A stretch of DNA of 63,987 nt, counting the filler, from Sphacelaria rigidula (taxonomy: Eukaryota), in NCBI GenBank assembly GCA_964200075.2. It is 5 parts of 5 records of this genome, joined end to end, with 100 filler letters (N's around TTAATTAATTAA, not from the genome) between each part and the next. Parts side by side here need not be neighbours in the genome. Positions count along the whole stretch, not along the records: positions 38,458 to 51,172 come from CAXNAA020003479.1; positions 51,273 to 63,987 come from CAXNAA020003480.1; 3 more parts are not named here. One strand, written 5' to 3'. Below are positions 40,245-53,790 of the stretch, one piece after another. Numbering within the stretch: the stretch's first letter is position 1; each line of letters opens with the position of its first letter. The notes beneath the pieces were generated by a model. The model saw nothing but the letters and a program-made list of their open reading frames with translations, had not been told where the DNA came from and searched no databases. The position numbers were made by a program, and so were the translations under genes.

Positions 40245-41429
40245 GCACCTCTCGTCAGGTCCACAAGGAAAATCGGAAGAACTGTCATCCATGGATTCGT
40301 GAAGCAGGAGCTGGGCAATTTGGCGAAGATCCCGACACGGGGATTGAGCTACTTGGCCAACACCACAATGTCAACACGCGCCTAGGCACGCCCAGCGACG
40401 TGAGAAGCCGAACTCTTAACTTTGAGTATAGCACCGCACAGTAGGATTTCCAGCAGTAGTGAATGGTGGGGTGTGTCTCCTGGGGTAGCATCTAGCATAT
40501 TCCACCAAACGATGCGTAGCAGAAAGCTGTTTTTCATTTACTACAGCTGTTGATGCATTTTTTTTTTGTCATTTTTTTTTCACTCCCCCCCCTCCCCTTC
40601 CATGTCATGATTGGCAGGTGATAGCACATGGCGCGGAAATACAAGGCAGAATACCTCGGTGATGGGACGGAGGGGCTGTTCAAGACGGATGAGGTATGCT
40701 GCCTGAGACAAAGCCACGTATACCATTCACCACTTGATACCGACACTGCTATATGTAGTTTGTACCAGAATAGAACAGGTCGAATGTTCCGATATTGTCA
40801 CAGTTAATGTGTCGTTCCAGATCGCGATTTTCTCAGCAGAACAGCCTGTGCTATTCAGCTACTACTTTGCCGATTTGCCAGGCGCGAGGTAACTTGCTCA
40901 GCGCCGGGCGCCGTTTGGTTTTCGCCAGGAACGCTGTACCTGTTTGTGCTTGAATTCTCGGACGTGTGCAAAAGCAAAACGAGAAGTCAATCGGGCGGAA
41001 CCTCAATCTGTCGAACATGTGGAATGTCGCACCCGTACCATGGCTATATCATACGCTGTGCTGTGCTGTGCTGTGCTGCGCTCTTGTGCTTTATGTTTCA
41101 CGTGCGTTGTTGCTGCCCCTCACTTTTTTTTCTTGTTATTTTGTGTGTGTTTTGTCTTCTGTTCATTTGATCATGTTTATGTCGTTGGTCGAAATTTCGC
41201 ATTGGTGTGTCTGTTCTTCATTCGTCCCCATAATAATATCCCGAAAATGACTAATTATTATCTTGTGTTCATAGATGACCTGTTTCATCTTACCTATACG
41301 GAAAATGTTCCGATCTTGCCTGTGGTATGTAAGTATTTTTCCAAGTTTCCCGGCAAGGATGTTCCTGAATTTATTTTTGTGAGGTCGAAATTCGTCGTTT
41401 GGTTATTGAATTCTCGTGATCAGGCTGAG

Positions 41430-42365
41430 ATATGGATCGAAGATGGAGAAACGGAGGGCGATCAGGGCCAGAATTCGTAAAGCAATTGACGGTGAGCTTT
41501 GTTTGTTTTGTAGAGCTCGGTATTGGGTCTGAAAATGGTCCCAATAGGATATAGATATATTGGGTGAAAAATTCTCGCATATATCTGCAATCTCGCATAA
41601 GCAATATCATACTTCCTCTGTCACATAAGTTGAGACCGAATGTCGGCGCAGATCGTATCTTTTCAACTGAGGCGCCTACGATGCTATAATTAGTTTCATC
41701 GGAAAGATATTTTTTACAGCTCACTGATGCCAAAAAAAATGATTTGCGATTTTATTACATCTCAAAGTATGGGCCAAAAAGTCCCCAAAATTGGCCAATT
41801 TCGGCTACATTTCGAGAATGTTTTTGAGAACGTTTTTGAGAATTTAGTGTAGAGAACACCGGGGTATCCGCGTGGCAGAGGGCGGGAACGTTGGAAAGGA
41901 CAGTCAAGTACGACAAGGAGGCCTTGACAAAGGCTTGGGACTATCTGGCATCAAGCACGAGTGATGGAGAGGATGATTAACGATTATTTTTTTTCCCATA
42001 TATATTTTTTTTTTCAGCACTCTTTTGTTCCTGGAAAAGGGGTAAAAAAACGGCCTTTTTCGGGCCGACTTCTTTTTTTCTGGCCGCTACTCCACCTGAA
42101 GTGATGCGAATTGAAAAAAAACATTGTCTTCAACTTGAAAAACGCCAAGGAATTCAATAAAAGAAACGAAAACAGCATCGGAGACCGTCAAGGACGTCTG
42201 TGAAAAATTCGGTCCTAACTTATGCGACAGAGGAAGTATCCGGATATTTAGACTATCCTATGCGTATCCGAGATCTTACCCGATGTCCCTCCAGATATAT
42301 GTGGATATAGGGACAATTTGTCCAGATTATACAGTTTAAGGCGAACCTCCGTTCCCCGTCATCCG
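41430..42365. mobile_element. Degenerate inverted-repeat element (MITE or non-autonomous DNA transposon); boundaries approximate
   Basis: ATACTTCCTCTGTCACATAAGTTGAGACCGAA (41609-41640) is the near reverse complement of TTCGGTCCTAACTTATGCGACAGAGGAAGTAT (42208-42239), with weaker similarity extending outward. Confidence 0.5.
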
Positions 42366-43609
42366 ACAAAGGCCATGACCGGTCTTGTCGGTACGGCGTG
42401 GGGAGGGTATTTTCGGCGGGTGTAGGGTTGAAATCACCTTCAAGGAGTGATTCCTCCTCACTACCACCCTTGGCCCAGGCCGTGGTGTGGTATTAGAGTT
42501 GTGTCAGCGCGGTGCTCATCAGGTACACCCACCCCTGTTCTAATGCAGCAGTATAATATGTCAATACCCTGAGTGCATCCTGCGCTACAAGCAGTGTAAT
42601 GCGTCTACACCCTGACTCTGGGCATGTTGAGATACGGCGTGTGCGCGGCGCCAGTTGACACCGCTGTTGACAGCTGGCACGCAAACTATTGATACAAAAA
42701 AACGTGTACCGGTGTGTAGACTGGTTTCGGCGACGAGGATGGAGGAGGAGCGTTCGTCGACGGACGGGCTAGGTCTGGTTGAGCCTCCTGAACGAGAAAC
42801 TCACCACAGACCAGAACAAGAGTGCATAACGAAGGAGGAAGTATTACATCACGAAAGGAAGCAGAGGGGGCACTATGTGGGGATCATGGATACCGGAGAG
42901 GATGGGCGGTTGGATTGGCCATGGACGCTGGAGAGGACAGCTGGGAGCGTCAGGAGGTCAACTTCGAAGAGGACCTTGCAGCGGAGATGAACAAAGCAGG
43001 CGGCTAGTTTTCGTTGCGGGTGGAATACCTTGTCAGTTGGGTTTCTGGTGCAGTCGTTTGTTGTGGATACTACGTACAGATGGCATCCCATGTTGTCATG
43101 GTTGATTTTAGGACACTCTGAACAGATTCTGTTTTTTGCTGATAGCGGTATGCCGTGTGTAGGCTAGACATGCCCTGTCTGTTGTGTTTCCATGACGATG
43201 CCACTTTACCAGAACCCGAGGGAGGTTGTAGTTCCTCGCTTTCCCTCCTGGTTACCATCAGGTTGTACTTTTTTGTTTTTCCTGTTTTGTGGATCTTCCT
43301 ATCCAGCGTTCTTCAGTCTCCGGTGCGCTGATTGATTATGCTCACGCTCTGTCATGAACAAGATTGATGCAGGATATAGTGCGGCACAAGTATCATCAAC
43401 TATGTTGAGGTTGTGGAGCATTATTCATGGCCAATTAGAGGAAGAGTGTCTGATGACATGAGTTATGCAAGTACAATATGCTTCACGCGCAGACAAACGA
43501 GCTAGGCATCGCCCATGTCGGTCAGTCAGGTCGGGTTCTGGGGGCCTTCTGTCTGCCTTGCTCTGGGGGTTTGCATAAGTGTATGTGGTGAGTCCGTGTG
43601 TGTGGTATT

Positions 43610-45240
43610 GAGTGGGGGAGATTGAAGGTGTCTTATTGAGTAACAGAGTGTGAGTGATTGAGGTAAACTGACTGAGTAAGCCGAGTGTGACAACAAGATA
43701 ATCAAAACGTGTTTTTATACTGCTGTTACTTGCCTGAACCGGGCTACTGACTACTATTCACGCACTTGAGTTGTGTGGACGCTTACACCCGCATCAGAGC
43801 GGTTTATCACGCTAGCGGAATAGATTTACCGCCTTTGCGGTAGGGGTTGAGATTGGAGACAGTTTGAGCAAGAGGAGAGTTTGAGTCGAAGCGTTTTTGA
43901 CAGAGGTGTGTGAAGGTTTTAAGTTCGAGTAAAGGCTGAGCGAGTTTGACAATTCAAGTAGGTTTTGATGTGGAAGAGTATCAGCACCCCACGACCATGG
44001 AAGAGCAAGTGAGACATCTGACTGAACAGATGAACATGATGCAGCAGACATTGAACAGTACACCGGTGATGCCTGCTAAAACAGCACCGTAAGCACCGTT
44101 CCACAACCTCAATTCCCACCGTGTTCGCAGCAACAAAAGTATTCAACCTTGGGATGAAAAAGCTGCAACATCCACTAATGCCAGGGACAGGTTCGATGTG
44201 TTTTACATCCAGATGTGTGCGTATTTCAAGGAGAAAGACTGCTATTACGCTTTGTCAGTTGACAATCCCATCAGAACACATCGTGAAAACGAGGAGGATT
44301 TGCGAGCACATTTCGGAAACGTAGCTGTCGACAAAGCCAAACAGGCCATCAAGATGATTCTCGATGAGGTAACCTATCCCCCCTTAGTAAGGCACATCGA
44401 TATGCTTGCAAACCCACGCGAAGCATGGGATTGCATCGTCAAGTACTATAAGATTCTAGCAGCCACGGAAAAAGCCAAGTTGGAGTACGAGTGACAAACG
44501 TTACAGATGGCTGACGGTGAAATGCCGATCAATTTTCTCTCGCGGGCACAGTTCATTCGCACGAAGCGCGAATAATTCAATGTAGTTCTCTCGGACTCTG
44601 AGGCGAAGAGGCACATTGTTCGATGCCTTTCGTCAGAATACGAGCACGAACGTGGGAATTTCTCAGCACTACGTGATACAGGCATAGAAGAGGTCACCCG
44701 CCAACTGGAAAATGCGTATGCTGAAGCACAATTGACAAGAGAGAGGCAAAAGACAACCTTGAACCATGCACTTTCCGCCTCTAGTACTAATGGTGGAAGG
44801 GGTCATGGTTCACCAGGCAGGAGGCAGAACGGGGAGGGGCGAAGATTCCACAATTCCCAAAATCAATACAACTACCACAACATCCCTCCAAACCGCACCA
44901 ATTCCCCACAACGATCCAGTTTCCATTCCAATCATGGCCCACAGCAACACTTCAGCGGTGGTCATGGTGATCGAGGGGGGTAGTATTCCCCGAGACAACA
45001 TCAATGGCGACCGCACAGTCCATGGAACCGATCAGGACCTGACCGTGGTATGGTACACCAACCCAAGCAACAAACCTACCAAATTCGTTGTCCATTCAAC
45101 TGTCCCAACTGCCCTCCTCGCCAGCACTACGCCCAGCATCACCACACCCAGCAGCACCACACCTACCAACCAACATACACAGGCCCAGATCACCACCGTT
45201 CCTCAGGTAATCAGGGCCCAATACACCACATAAAATAGTC
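43610..45240 (+). mobile_element. Ty1/copia-type retrotransposon remnant: PPT-like tract, probable LTR (~43622-43787), PBS-like site and degenerate gag
   Basis: GAGTGGGGGAGA tract; CGCATCAGAGC resembles the tRNA-Met PBS TGGTATCAGAGC. Gag from 43997 has copia-like segments (NPREAWDCIVKYY..EKAKLEYE*QTLQMADGEMPINFLSRA..HIVRCLSSEYE) with in-frame stops. No pol follows. Confidence 0.75.
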
Positions 45241-47572
45241 CAACCACACAACATGGTTGGTATTGTGTAGTAGTAGTGAGTACTGCGTGCGATCAAGCCG
45301 CGCTGCCTTATCAAAAGTCGTATTCACGACAACCAAGAGGTTGTTGATCTTGGGGGAAATCCCGCTTGCGCTGAGCTCTCGCTTGTGGGGGGCGGTGTCG
45401 TGACCTGAAGATAATGTAGCAAATCGAAAAGATTCGTGCTTCCTGCACAGATTATGCTCCCCCAGCTGCTCGTTGCTGCGTTCTATCGCCAACCAAGACA
45501 CACAGACACAGAACCGACAAAACAACACTCCCCTGGCACGAACGTTGTTTGCGAGTTTGCGTGGTGGTCAAAAGGAGAGGTGTGGGCTTCATAGCCAGTG
45601 CCCTGCATGAGGCATACTGCTTGGGGCGAAAATCGATAGTGGGTAGGAGCAGTGCAAAAAGTCGCCCCACACCCTAATCCAGCCTCCCGATGTACTATTG
45701 CTTGGTCGTCCTCTAGTGTGTCGATACTCTGGAATCAAGTCATCAGATTCTAAACTAAACTCAAGCAGCGAGCAAGCTACCCTACAACGTTATTTTGTGA
45801 GTACTTTTGCCCCCCCCCCCCAAAGGTGCTCCGTCTCGAAAGGGATGCGTGATCAATGGTCAAACGACGAAGGCAAGCAACAAATGAGTACGCCCCTCCC
45901 CCTCCCTTTGATCGTGTTTCTAGTGTATTTCAGCATTTATTGTTTCATCTTGACCTACCCCTGGTACACGTGCCAAATAGGCTGCGCTGCACGCTGACGT
46001 TATGCGCAGCCCTTGCAACTCAAGCGTTATCTCTTGCTGCAGTAAGTATAAAGCAAGACGATCTATCGGTGTATCCCGCGCCGAAATCGATGCCCGGTAC
46101 CCAAGCCCGCAGCGATGTAATCGCAGAATAGCATCTCGATACGATTCACCTGTACATGGAGAAAAGCGCACACAGTTCAACGATGCCCTAGACCTCATGA
46201 TTGTAGTGGCACCGAGAGTTAGGTCTGTTCGTGCTCGACGGACAAGAACAGATGCCCTACTTCCTCTGTTCTTCAAGCACGGTCGGTGTTGTTTACACGA
46301 ACCCTTAACGGTGTTCGATGCGATAGGTGATGACTAAATCTTTTGAAATCTATGGAGATCTTTGTAATCAACACCTTATTTTTTTCGAGAACTTCTCCAC
46401 GTTGGCGAACAGTAAAAAAAAAAGCTAGTCTGCCCTCAAAAGTCTGTTTCTCGTCCCTACTCTGGGGGTAGGGAAACGTAAACGAACAGCGTCGAAACAA
46501 GATCGAAAATGTGTCGCCCTCGCCGCCACTAAAACTTGATCCTAGGTAGTTTTAGGCCTCATTGAAGGCCTCACTATCGTACTCTACCATCCTTTTCAAC
46601 GGTTCCCGCCTCTGCTGCGCCCCAACCCTGGTATGCTCGATACTGAAGTCGTCATCACCTAGCTCACCAATGGTTTGGTTGGGACACTTCAGCAAGCTTT
46701 GTCTAACTTATCTTTGCCACATTGTTTGTAATGCTTGAAGGTAGTCTGCACTACTGTTCTAACTCGTCTATCGAGCTTACGTTGATGCTCCATATCCTTG
46801 ACGTGAGAAATGCCAGGAAGCTCAGTCGGTGAGCGGACTTAAAATGGCCTTTGGCATACTTGAGTCGCCTGATGAATTGGCCAAGGCTGTCCAACGGCGG
46901 CTCAATGATCCTCTGGCGCCCCGTTTACGACGTGGGTATGTGTGTACGGGAACGTTCATCGCGGTTGTAGTACGTAGTGGAGCTTTTAAAATCGGACTTC
47001 CAAAAAGGGACGATGTTGGAACAATCCTTGAGACAAGTCCCCTACAAATCCCAAATTATTCCCGAAACATGGGAAATTTCCTTCTAAACATTCACAATAA
47101 TTGTCACTTCGATCATCCTCCCTGAGCATTTCCATAACCTTCATCATGTTCATGAACCTATAGTAAAAATAGCATCGTAGAGCACCTCCGTTGGAGAGAT
47201 GATCAGCACCCCATCACCGACTTCACATCCGTATGGGACACAGGAGGTATCAAGGCATCACGCACCCCTTTCAAAGCTGGCATTTTCTGTTGATTTAAAT
47301 CTCTTCAGTGGATACTTCGAAGCAGTGTATATATTTCTCCCGTTGCCCCCCCCCCCCACTCTCGAGAGTGGTCCCTCTTGTTGATGCCTTTTTCATTGTC
47401 TGCACATTTCCCTGTCGGAAAAAAAAGTCTGACGAGTACGAACTTTACGTGGTTGCGGATGATGTTGGAGTCAGGCTTGGGAAGGAGATGATGTGGGCCA
47501 TCCGCGCGGTGTGAAGACTTGCTTGAGACGTGAAGCGAAAACAGAAGAAGAAACAAGCGTAATTCCCTCCAT

Positions 47573-48199
47573 CCGATCAAGCCGAACACGATACAGCACC
47601 GCACGCCATCCTCAATCAACGGCGGGGGATTCACTTGCCGTTGCTATGTGTCCTTCATCATCGCAGTATCTGATGCGCGACTGTTTGTTACGGCCCGGGT
47701 TTGCCTTGACTACTCAGGAGGCGTTTGTCGACGGCATGAAAGTGTCTGGATCCGGCCGCAAGTACGAGCTCAAGCCGCAGAAGAAGAAGTGGCGCATCAA
47801 CCCCTTCAAGGCCTTCGCGAGAAGAGAAACGTCTGCCGACGGCATGAAAGTGATGTCTGGATCCGGTCGCAAGTACGAGCTCAAACCGCAGAAAAAGTGG
47901 CGCACCAACCCCTTCAAGGCCTTCGCGAGAACAGAAACGGCGTTTCTCGTCTCGCGAAGGCCTTGAAGGGGTTGGTGCGCCACTTCTTCTGCGGCTTGAG
48001 CTCGTACTTTCGGCCGGATTCAGACATGGCTTTGATGCCGTCGACGAACGCCTCCTGAATAGTCAAGGAAAACCCGGGCCACAACACACGATCGAACATA
48101 AGATACTGCGATGATGAAGGACACATAGCAACGGCAAGTGAATCCCCTGCCGTTGATTGAGGATGGCGTGCGGTGCTGTACCGTGTTCGGCTTGATCGG
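47573..48199. repeat. Long palindrome (inverted duplication of intron + exon) with an extra tandem copy in the left arm
   Basis: The + and - ORFs give nearly the same peptide (SRTRYSTARHPQSTAGDSLAVAMCP..EAFVDG..KYELKPQKKW..NPFKAFARRET). Apex AGAAACG-G-CGTTTCT at ~47940. Confidence 0.95.
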
Positions 48200-50368
48200 G
48201 AGAAGGCACAGCCACAAAGCACGAAGTTGGTCGGGACTCACGTGGAGGTGATGCACGTGACATGTCATCACAACCGGTCACGCTCCACTATGCCTCCACC
48301 GCAACCAAACATTTGCCACTTTGACCATTGATTGCTGCGTATTTCTAGACATTATCCGAGTGGACTATGTCGTATAGCCCCACAACGCTTGGCTGATAGC
48401 TCTGGTAGCAGCGCGCAGTAAATAAGCACCCTGCAAGAACACGCCCAACAACACAGGATAAAACTCAGAGGGTGTGTGTGATCAAATAATCAACGTCTTG
48501 GTATAGTTCGCGCTATTTTCTCCTGTCTTGTCTCACTTCTGACCCCTTCCCTTTCTAGGCACGAGGCTGCGGTCTAATGGTCTCAAGGAACCAACCCATC
48601 TCTTCCCTGCTGTGCACTCACGAATTCCCGAGCATTCCTATCAAGGCATAAATACCAGTGAACGTCACCGGAGTGGACTGTTCCACCGTACAGTCTGCTC
48701 ACTCACCACGTAGCCCCTATCCGTGATTCGCAGACTGCTCGAGAAGTCCTTGGCCAGCATCTGCAGGTCAGCCTCGTCCTCTTGCACCTGGTCTTCCTCC
48801 AGGGCCATGTTCCCCTTGCCCTTCTTGTCCTCGCGGTTCCGCTTGCTCTGCTTCTTGCGGGCCCGCTTCAGCTGGTACAGTTGTCGCCTGCGCTCCTTCA
48901 TGACATGAACATCATGACTTCGGACCTTTGGGACCTTCATGAGCATCAAAATGTTTTCGGCATGAAACTGCAGATGCACTCTCCGGCTGTGATGTGTGTA
49001 ACCTCGCTCAATCTCAAAACAACTAATCCGTTATCACTAGAATCCCGTATTTATACCGAACACATGCGATCTCCGTGCATTCCCAGACAGCAACTATTTT
49101 TATACGCTTGAGTATCCTGTTAACACGGAGTTCTACAAATTGCGGATAGATGTCTTTCGCAAGATGAACGAGGCCACACATCACGGCCGGGTAGTCTATT
49201 CGTGTTTTGTTCTCAAGAGTATTTTGATGCTCATCGAGAAGGTTCCCAAGGCCCATGCTCGAAGACAAATCCATCCGCAATTTGTGTAATCCCGTTCTAA
49301 CCACTGCATGCCATAACTGTTCCGGAGTGACAGCCATAATTCTCCCCATCAGTGGTCTTTTGAGATGGATACAAGAACTCACCGGCGAGCCCTCAGGGGC
49401 AACCGAGTCCTGACCATCGACGAAAAGCACGAACTTTCCAGAAAGCTCGAAGATTTCCATTGTTGTCTCCTGGCGGGAGTGTCACATTGGTACGGGCGTC
49501 GTACAGATAGCATATGAGCGCCAGTCAGACCAGTGCATCCTGTTTTCAAGTAAATTTTCGCGTTCGGCAAATAGCAAGTCACATATAGTATTGGATGTAA
49601 ATGAATCCTCTGTATGACCGATTTGGCAAGTACTTGTGGTCTACCTGGCGGCTTTGCTACAGCAGTTTCAGACAGCATCCGAATTTGTGAGATGTTCTTT
49701 TTCCAATAAAAGGATGTGTGTACGTGTAAATATCGGGCGGGGGGACAGGGGCGACGATCGACCCACCAGAGAAGAATATATTCCGCCGAGGACATTTTCC
49801 GCGAAGGGAGATCGTACCGTAGTCAAGACCAACCTCGACGAGTGAGGAGGAGTGCTGCACCCGCGCGTGAAGCATATCAGAAGGCAGGAACAACTACGCT
49901 ACGTGACTAGACGTTGATAGTGGCCGTCACATCAAAAGGCCAGCAAAGAACAACGACACACGGGTCAACTAATGATGAAGTATATTTTTTCAAGGAATGA
50001 CAGTCGTGATCCTGAATCCCAAGCATGTTCCATATCGATTGCGGCGTTTGGTCATGACACTGGGGCCCACGAGTTACGATTTCAAATTCTTCGCATCCTT
50101 CCGTGCGCAATATCACGTGTAGTATATATATACTCCAGTCCCCTCGCCACTAAGATCGTCGTTTTCAGATACTTCGTACACATCATTTCGAAATATTTTG
50201 AACATCCTTTGTATGCCTGAATGTGTACGGCATGTAGGGAATGTAGCAAGCTATTCACGGCAGCGTCATCATTGGCACAACCGTCCACCTTAGGGCTGGA
50301 ACGCCATGACTTCGAATCACCTCCGGCCTTGGCCTCGATCACCAAATAAATCGACGAGGAAGAATCCA
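47914..50368 (-). pseudogene. Unknown multi-exon gene or pseudogene; candidate exons ~50368-50259, ~49832-49766, ~49469-49383, 48967-48707, 48054-47914
   Basis: Coding-like segments bounded by AG/GT: SIYLVIEAKAGGDSKSW, ETTMEIFELSGKFVLFVDGQD..SP|gtgagt, KERRRQLYQLKRARKK..ITDRGYV|gtgagt, cag|EAFVDGIKAMSESGRKYELKPQKKW. The last exon runs into its own inverted copy. Confidence 0.45.
48925..49251. repeat. Diverged inverted repeat (hairpin)
   Basis: ATGAGCATCAAAAT pairs with ATTTTGATGCTCAT; CCGGCTGTGATGTGTG pairs with CACACATCACGGCCGG. Confidence 0.8.
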
Positions 50369-50659
50369 CTCGAATGAGCGGTCCGAAAATATTGTGGGGA
50401 TGTCAGAAAGCCCCGTAATGCACTACCGTTCTGTTGCACTAGAGTACCGTAAGGTGCCTCAAGATAAACGTCGTACAATAGAGTGGCAGCCCCCTTCGCC
50501 GACCCCACTATGGACACGGATACGACCAAACCACCACAACTTTTCAATTGAACTCCGTTGCGACGAGCGTTCCACAGAAAGTCGGGGTCGTACTTTTTCA
50601 CAGATTTTGGGACGGTACTCGTACAAACAATGTGTATTAGAGCTCGTTGCATTGCTTAT

Positions 50660-50956
50660 TGCAACTCCATGTACGGTGTTCACCTCATCCCGTTCGAAGC
50701 TTACGGTACTCCCGCCCAAGAATGCCGTTTTCCCAGCCGGAATCATAGAGCATACGTTGTTGAACTCGAGGCCGGTGAACTCACCGATGGCATGCGAGTG
50801 AGCAGTGTCTTGTTTCACTCGCATGCCATCGGCGAGTCCACCGACCTCAAGTTCAAGAACGTAAATTCCACGATTCCGGATGGCAACACGGCGTTTGTGG
50901 GCGGGAGTGCCGTCAGCTTCGAACGGGATGAGGTGAACATCGTACATGGAGTTGCA
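50660..50956. repeat. Inverted repeat with ~142-bp arms and a 13-nt loop
   Basis: About 19 differences between arms counted by eye. Both arms carry a GC3-rich frame HSHAIGE..F.NV.S.IP.G.TAF.GGS.VSFERDEVN.VHGVA. Confidence 0.95.
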
Positions 50957-53790
50957 GGAAGCAAAACAAACGATTTCATTCCACCTTCGTCCACGTCTCG
51001 CTTTCCCCCTCTAACACGTCCCCTTCCTCCTTGTATAGTCCACATTCTGCCACTATTTGACTTCTGCTATCTATTTCCTTGCCACAGAGGCAGTCCTGTC
51101 CATCTACTTCCTCTCTCTCAACCACCCGTATATCTCCAGATGTTCTTCCTTGTCTACTTTGCGTCTGAGCGCNNNNNNNNNNNNNNNNNNNNNNNNNNNN
51201 NNNNNNNNNNNNNNNNTTAATTAATTAANNNNNNNNNNNNNNNNNNNNNNNNNNNNNNNNNNNNNNNNNNNNGACTGTCCCAGCTGCTGTCCTCAGCCCT
51301 GGTTGACTGTACCACCGAGAGCACACCACAGATCAAAGAACCTACTAGTGAGAAGAAGGGATTCTCTATTTCTGCGGAGCGAAATCTAGGTTCCTCTCAC
51401 AATACAGGGCTTTCGACCGCGGGTACGGAGTATGTACTTCGAACTAGAATAATACAAAACGGGAGCAGCTGCCGGTTTTAGACGTGAGCTAATTTTGCCT
51501 GCGCTCACCATAGACAGTGCCGCGCAAATGCGTCGTCGCGAAAGCTCCGCCGACCGAACGTCCGTAAAGAGTCTAACCAGCGAAATTTTATGGAGCTAGA
51601 TCAATGAACATGAGACGACAACGTTTCCCTGTGACGACGGATCGTGAGCGTCACCCCATCTCAATCCACGACATACAGCACAGGCACCGTAGTTACGGTA
51701 GGTACCCGGTATCCCTTTTTGGGGCATCTCATACCCTACCGATATCGGTCCACTCGAGTATTTTAAATTTTCATACCTACGATACCCACGATACCACGGT
51801 ACTTCGATATTCCGATGCCAACGAGTCGATGAATAGACATATCCGTCGATCGATCGTTGCGCCGCAGACAAGAAAACAACGTTAAACGACGCAAACGCCT
51901 CTTTTCTTCCTGGAAAAAATCGACGAATCATGATGAAATCAAGTTACTTTGACTTGATTGATTTGAGTTGATTAGATTATGTAAATCAACTAACCAACGA
52001 GGCGTTAGCGTGATTGTTCATATAAATCAAAGCAACGTTTAAATCAAAATCGACCGTGATTTGATAGTTGATATACAACCGTACTGTCATGATAATTTAC
52101 ATAGAACCTACCACGGTTCGAACGAATCATTGCCGGTTTGAGTAGCCAAATCCACGATTTCTTAGGCCTGATTGCTCGAAGAGAGAAGAGAGTCGACCGC
52201 TTGTCAAACAGGTCTTCACGCAACGTTTGCACCATTCCATGTGCCTGGGCTGCGCGTACCTGGCTTGCAACGCTGAAAACAAAGCCTAAGGATCGATTAG
52301 TACGGTACGACTCAATAACACCAAAACCAAGTAATTTCCAGACGAATAATCAATTCGTCCGACCGTGGGAGGCTACAGACAGTGCAGTGAAGTATACAGT
52401 ACAGACAGTACAGTATCGTTCACTGTTCTCAACGAAGCACCTCCGGCTTCTCCTCGATGTTTCTGATGGGGACACACACACAGCATAGTGGGAGAGGACG
52501 CTCGGCTTTAGGCTTAGAAGAGGGAAGCCAGAAGAGAGAGAGGGAGGGAGATATAGCAACACACAGTAGGACACAGCAACAACAGCAGACCCCAGACGCT
52601 TTGCCTTGGGTTGCCGACGTCAAATATTGTACGCACTAGAGGGAAGCCACTCTCAGAACACATTACACGAACTCTTGGCTATATACTGAGAAGAGGCGAA
52701 GCAGAAAAGACAGGAGAGAGACCAACACAGATAGCGATGACCATGGTAGATGCGAACTCCTTGCGGATTTTGACTACAGCCAGGCTCACCCTGCCGTTTT
52801 TGTGGCCGCTCCATCCTTGTTGTCCGGGGCAAAACTTCACGACGTGACGACCCGATTTGAGCTCGCTCGTAGTATTGTTGGTAAGGCGTCAACACTTCTT
52901 ATCCGCTTGTCAAACCCCGTGCGAAGCGCAGCTCTGCAAGCACAGACAGTTCAGTAGTGCAAGGTCGCACCTGTACAGTCTTTATTCATTACCGTGGAAG
53001 CCGGGATACGTCCGCCGCCCGCGGACGTTGCGACCGCAAGCGCCCGTACTACCACCGTTTGTCGACAGTCGACACACGGCATGACGGAGAGTAGTTCGAA
53101 TCAATCACATCACATATTTTAACACCACCTCCCATCTCAGTCACGGACGGCGTCGGCACGCACAAGCGAAGAAAAGAAAGCAGCAATAAAGCTGAACCTT
53201 CTTGAGGGTTTAAAGTGATTCGTAGAGCCGGTTGCTGCGTGTGATGCCTCCAACCTCCAAAAGTGCCTCGTTTGAAGTTGCGACAGTCAAGTCTGAGAAG
53301 TTCAAACAAGACAAGTGCTGGTCAAAAGGGGTCGAGTTGGGCTGTTGTTGAGATCGCTTACAGACAGAAGCGATACACAATGCCATGAGCACCAATGAAG
53401 CTGAAACTCGTTGAGGGCGTCTCGCTTGATGTTAGGAGAGCGATGGGATGTTTTTTTTGCGCCGCACGGCTTCGGATCAGTTTGGGAAAAAAAAGTGCGT
53501 GGTCCATAGCTTCGTTATGAGCCCCTGACAAATAGGACACTAATTGAATTTCGATCCAGTAGCTTTTTCGGTCTAGGGCCTCAAAGGCAATCGTCAGTAT
53601 GTATTAAGCTCGTGTGGCAGTTCAAATCTATACCGGCGCCTTACCGACCAACATATTAGAGAATTTGGGAAAACAAAATTTCGAGCCAAAACCTCCTGGA
53701 TAATTTGCGTCTTCTTACTAAAATCCAGTCAAACAATAATTATCGCTGAGATTTTACGGCCTGGTCGTGTTTTCCGAAACTCTCGATCGC

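Noticed and set aside
38000-40700. Scattered exon-like segments (38250-38290 -, 39800-39970 -, 40259-40385 +, 40618-40692 +)
   Set aside because: They could not be joined into a consistent frame, match no domain I recognise, and contain stops.
51930-52130. AT-rich stretch with repeated AAATCAA/TTGATT motifs
   Set aside because: Probably decayed transposon subterminal sequence; no definable unit or boundary.
52731-53330. Possible two-exon + strand fragment
   Set aside because: Plausible splice sites, but short and without recognisable homology.
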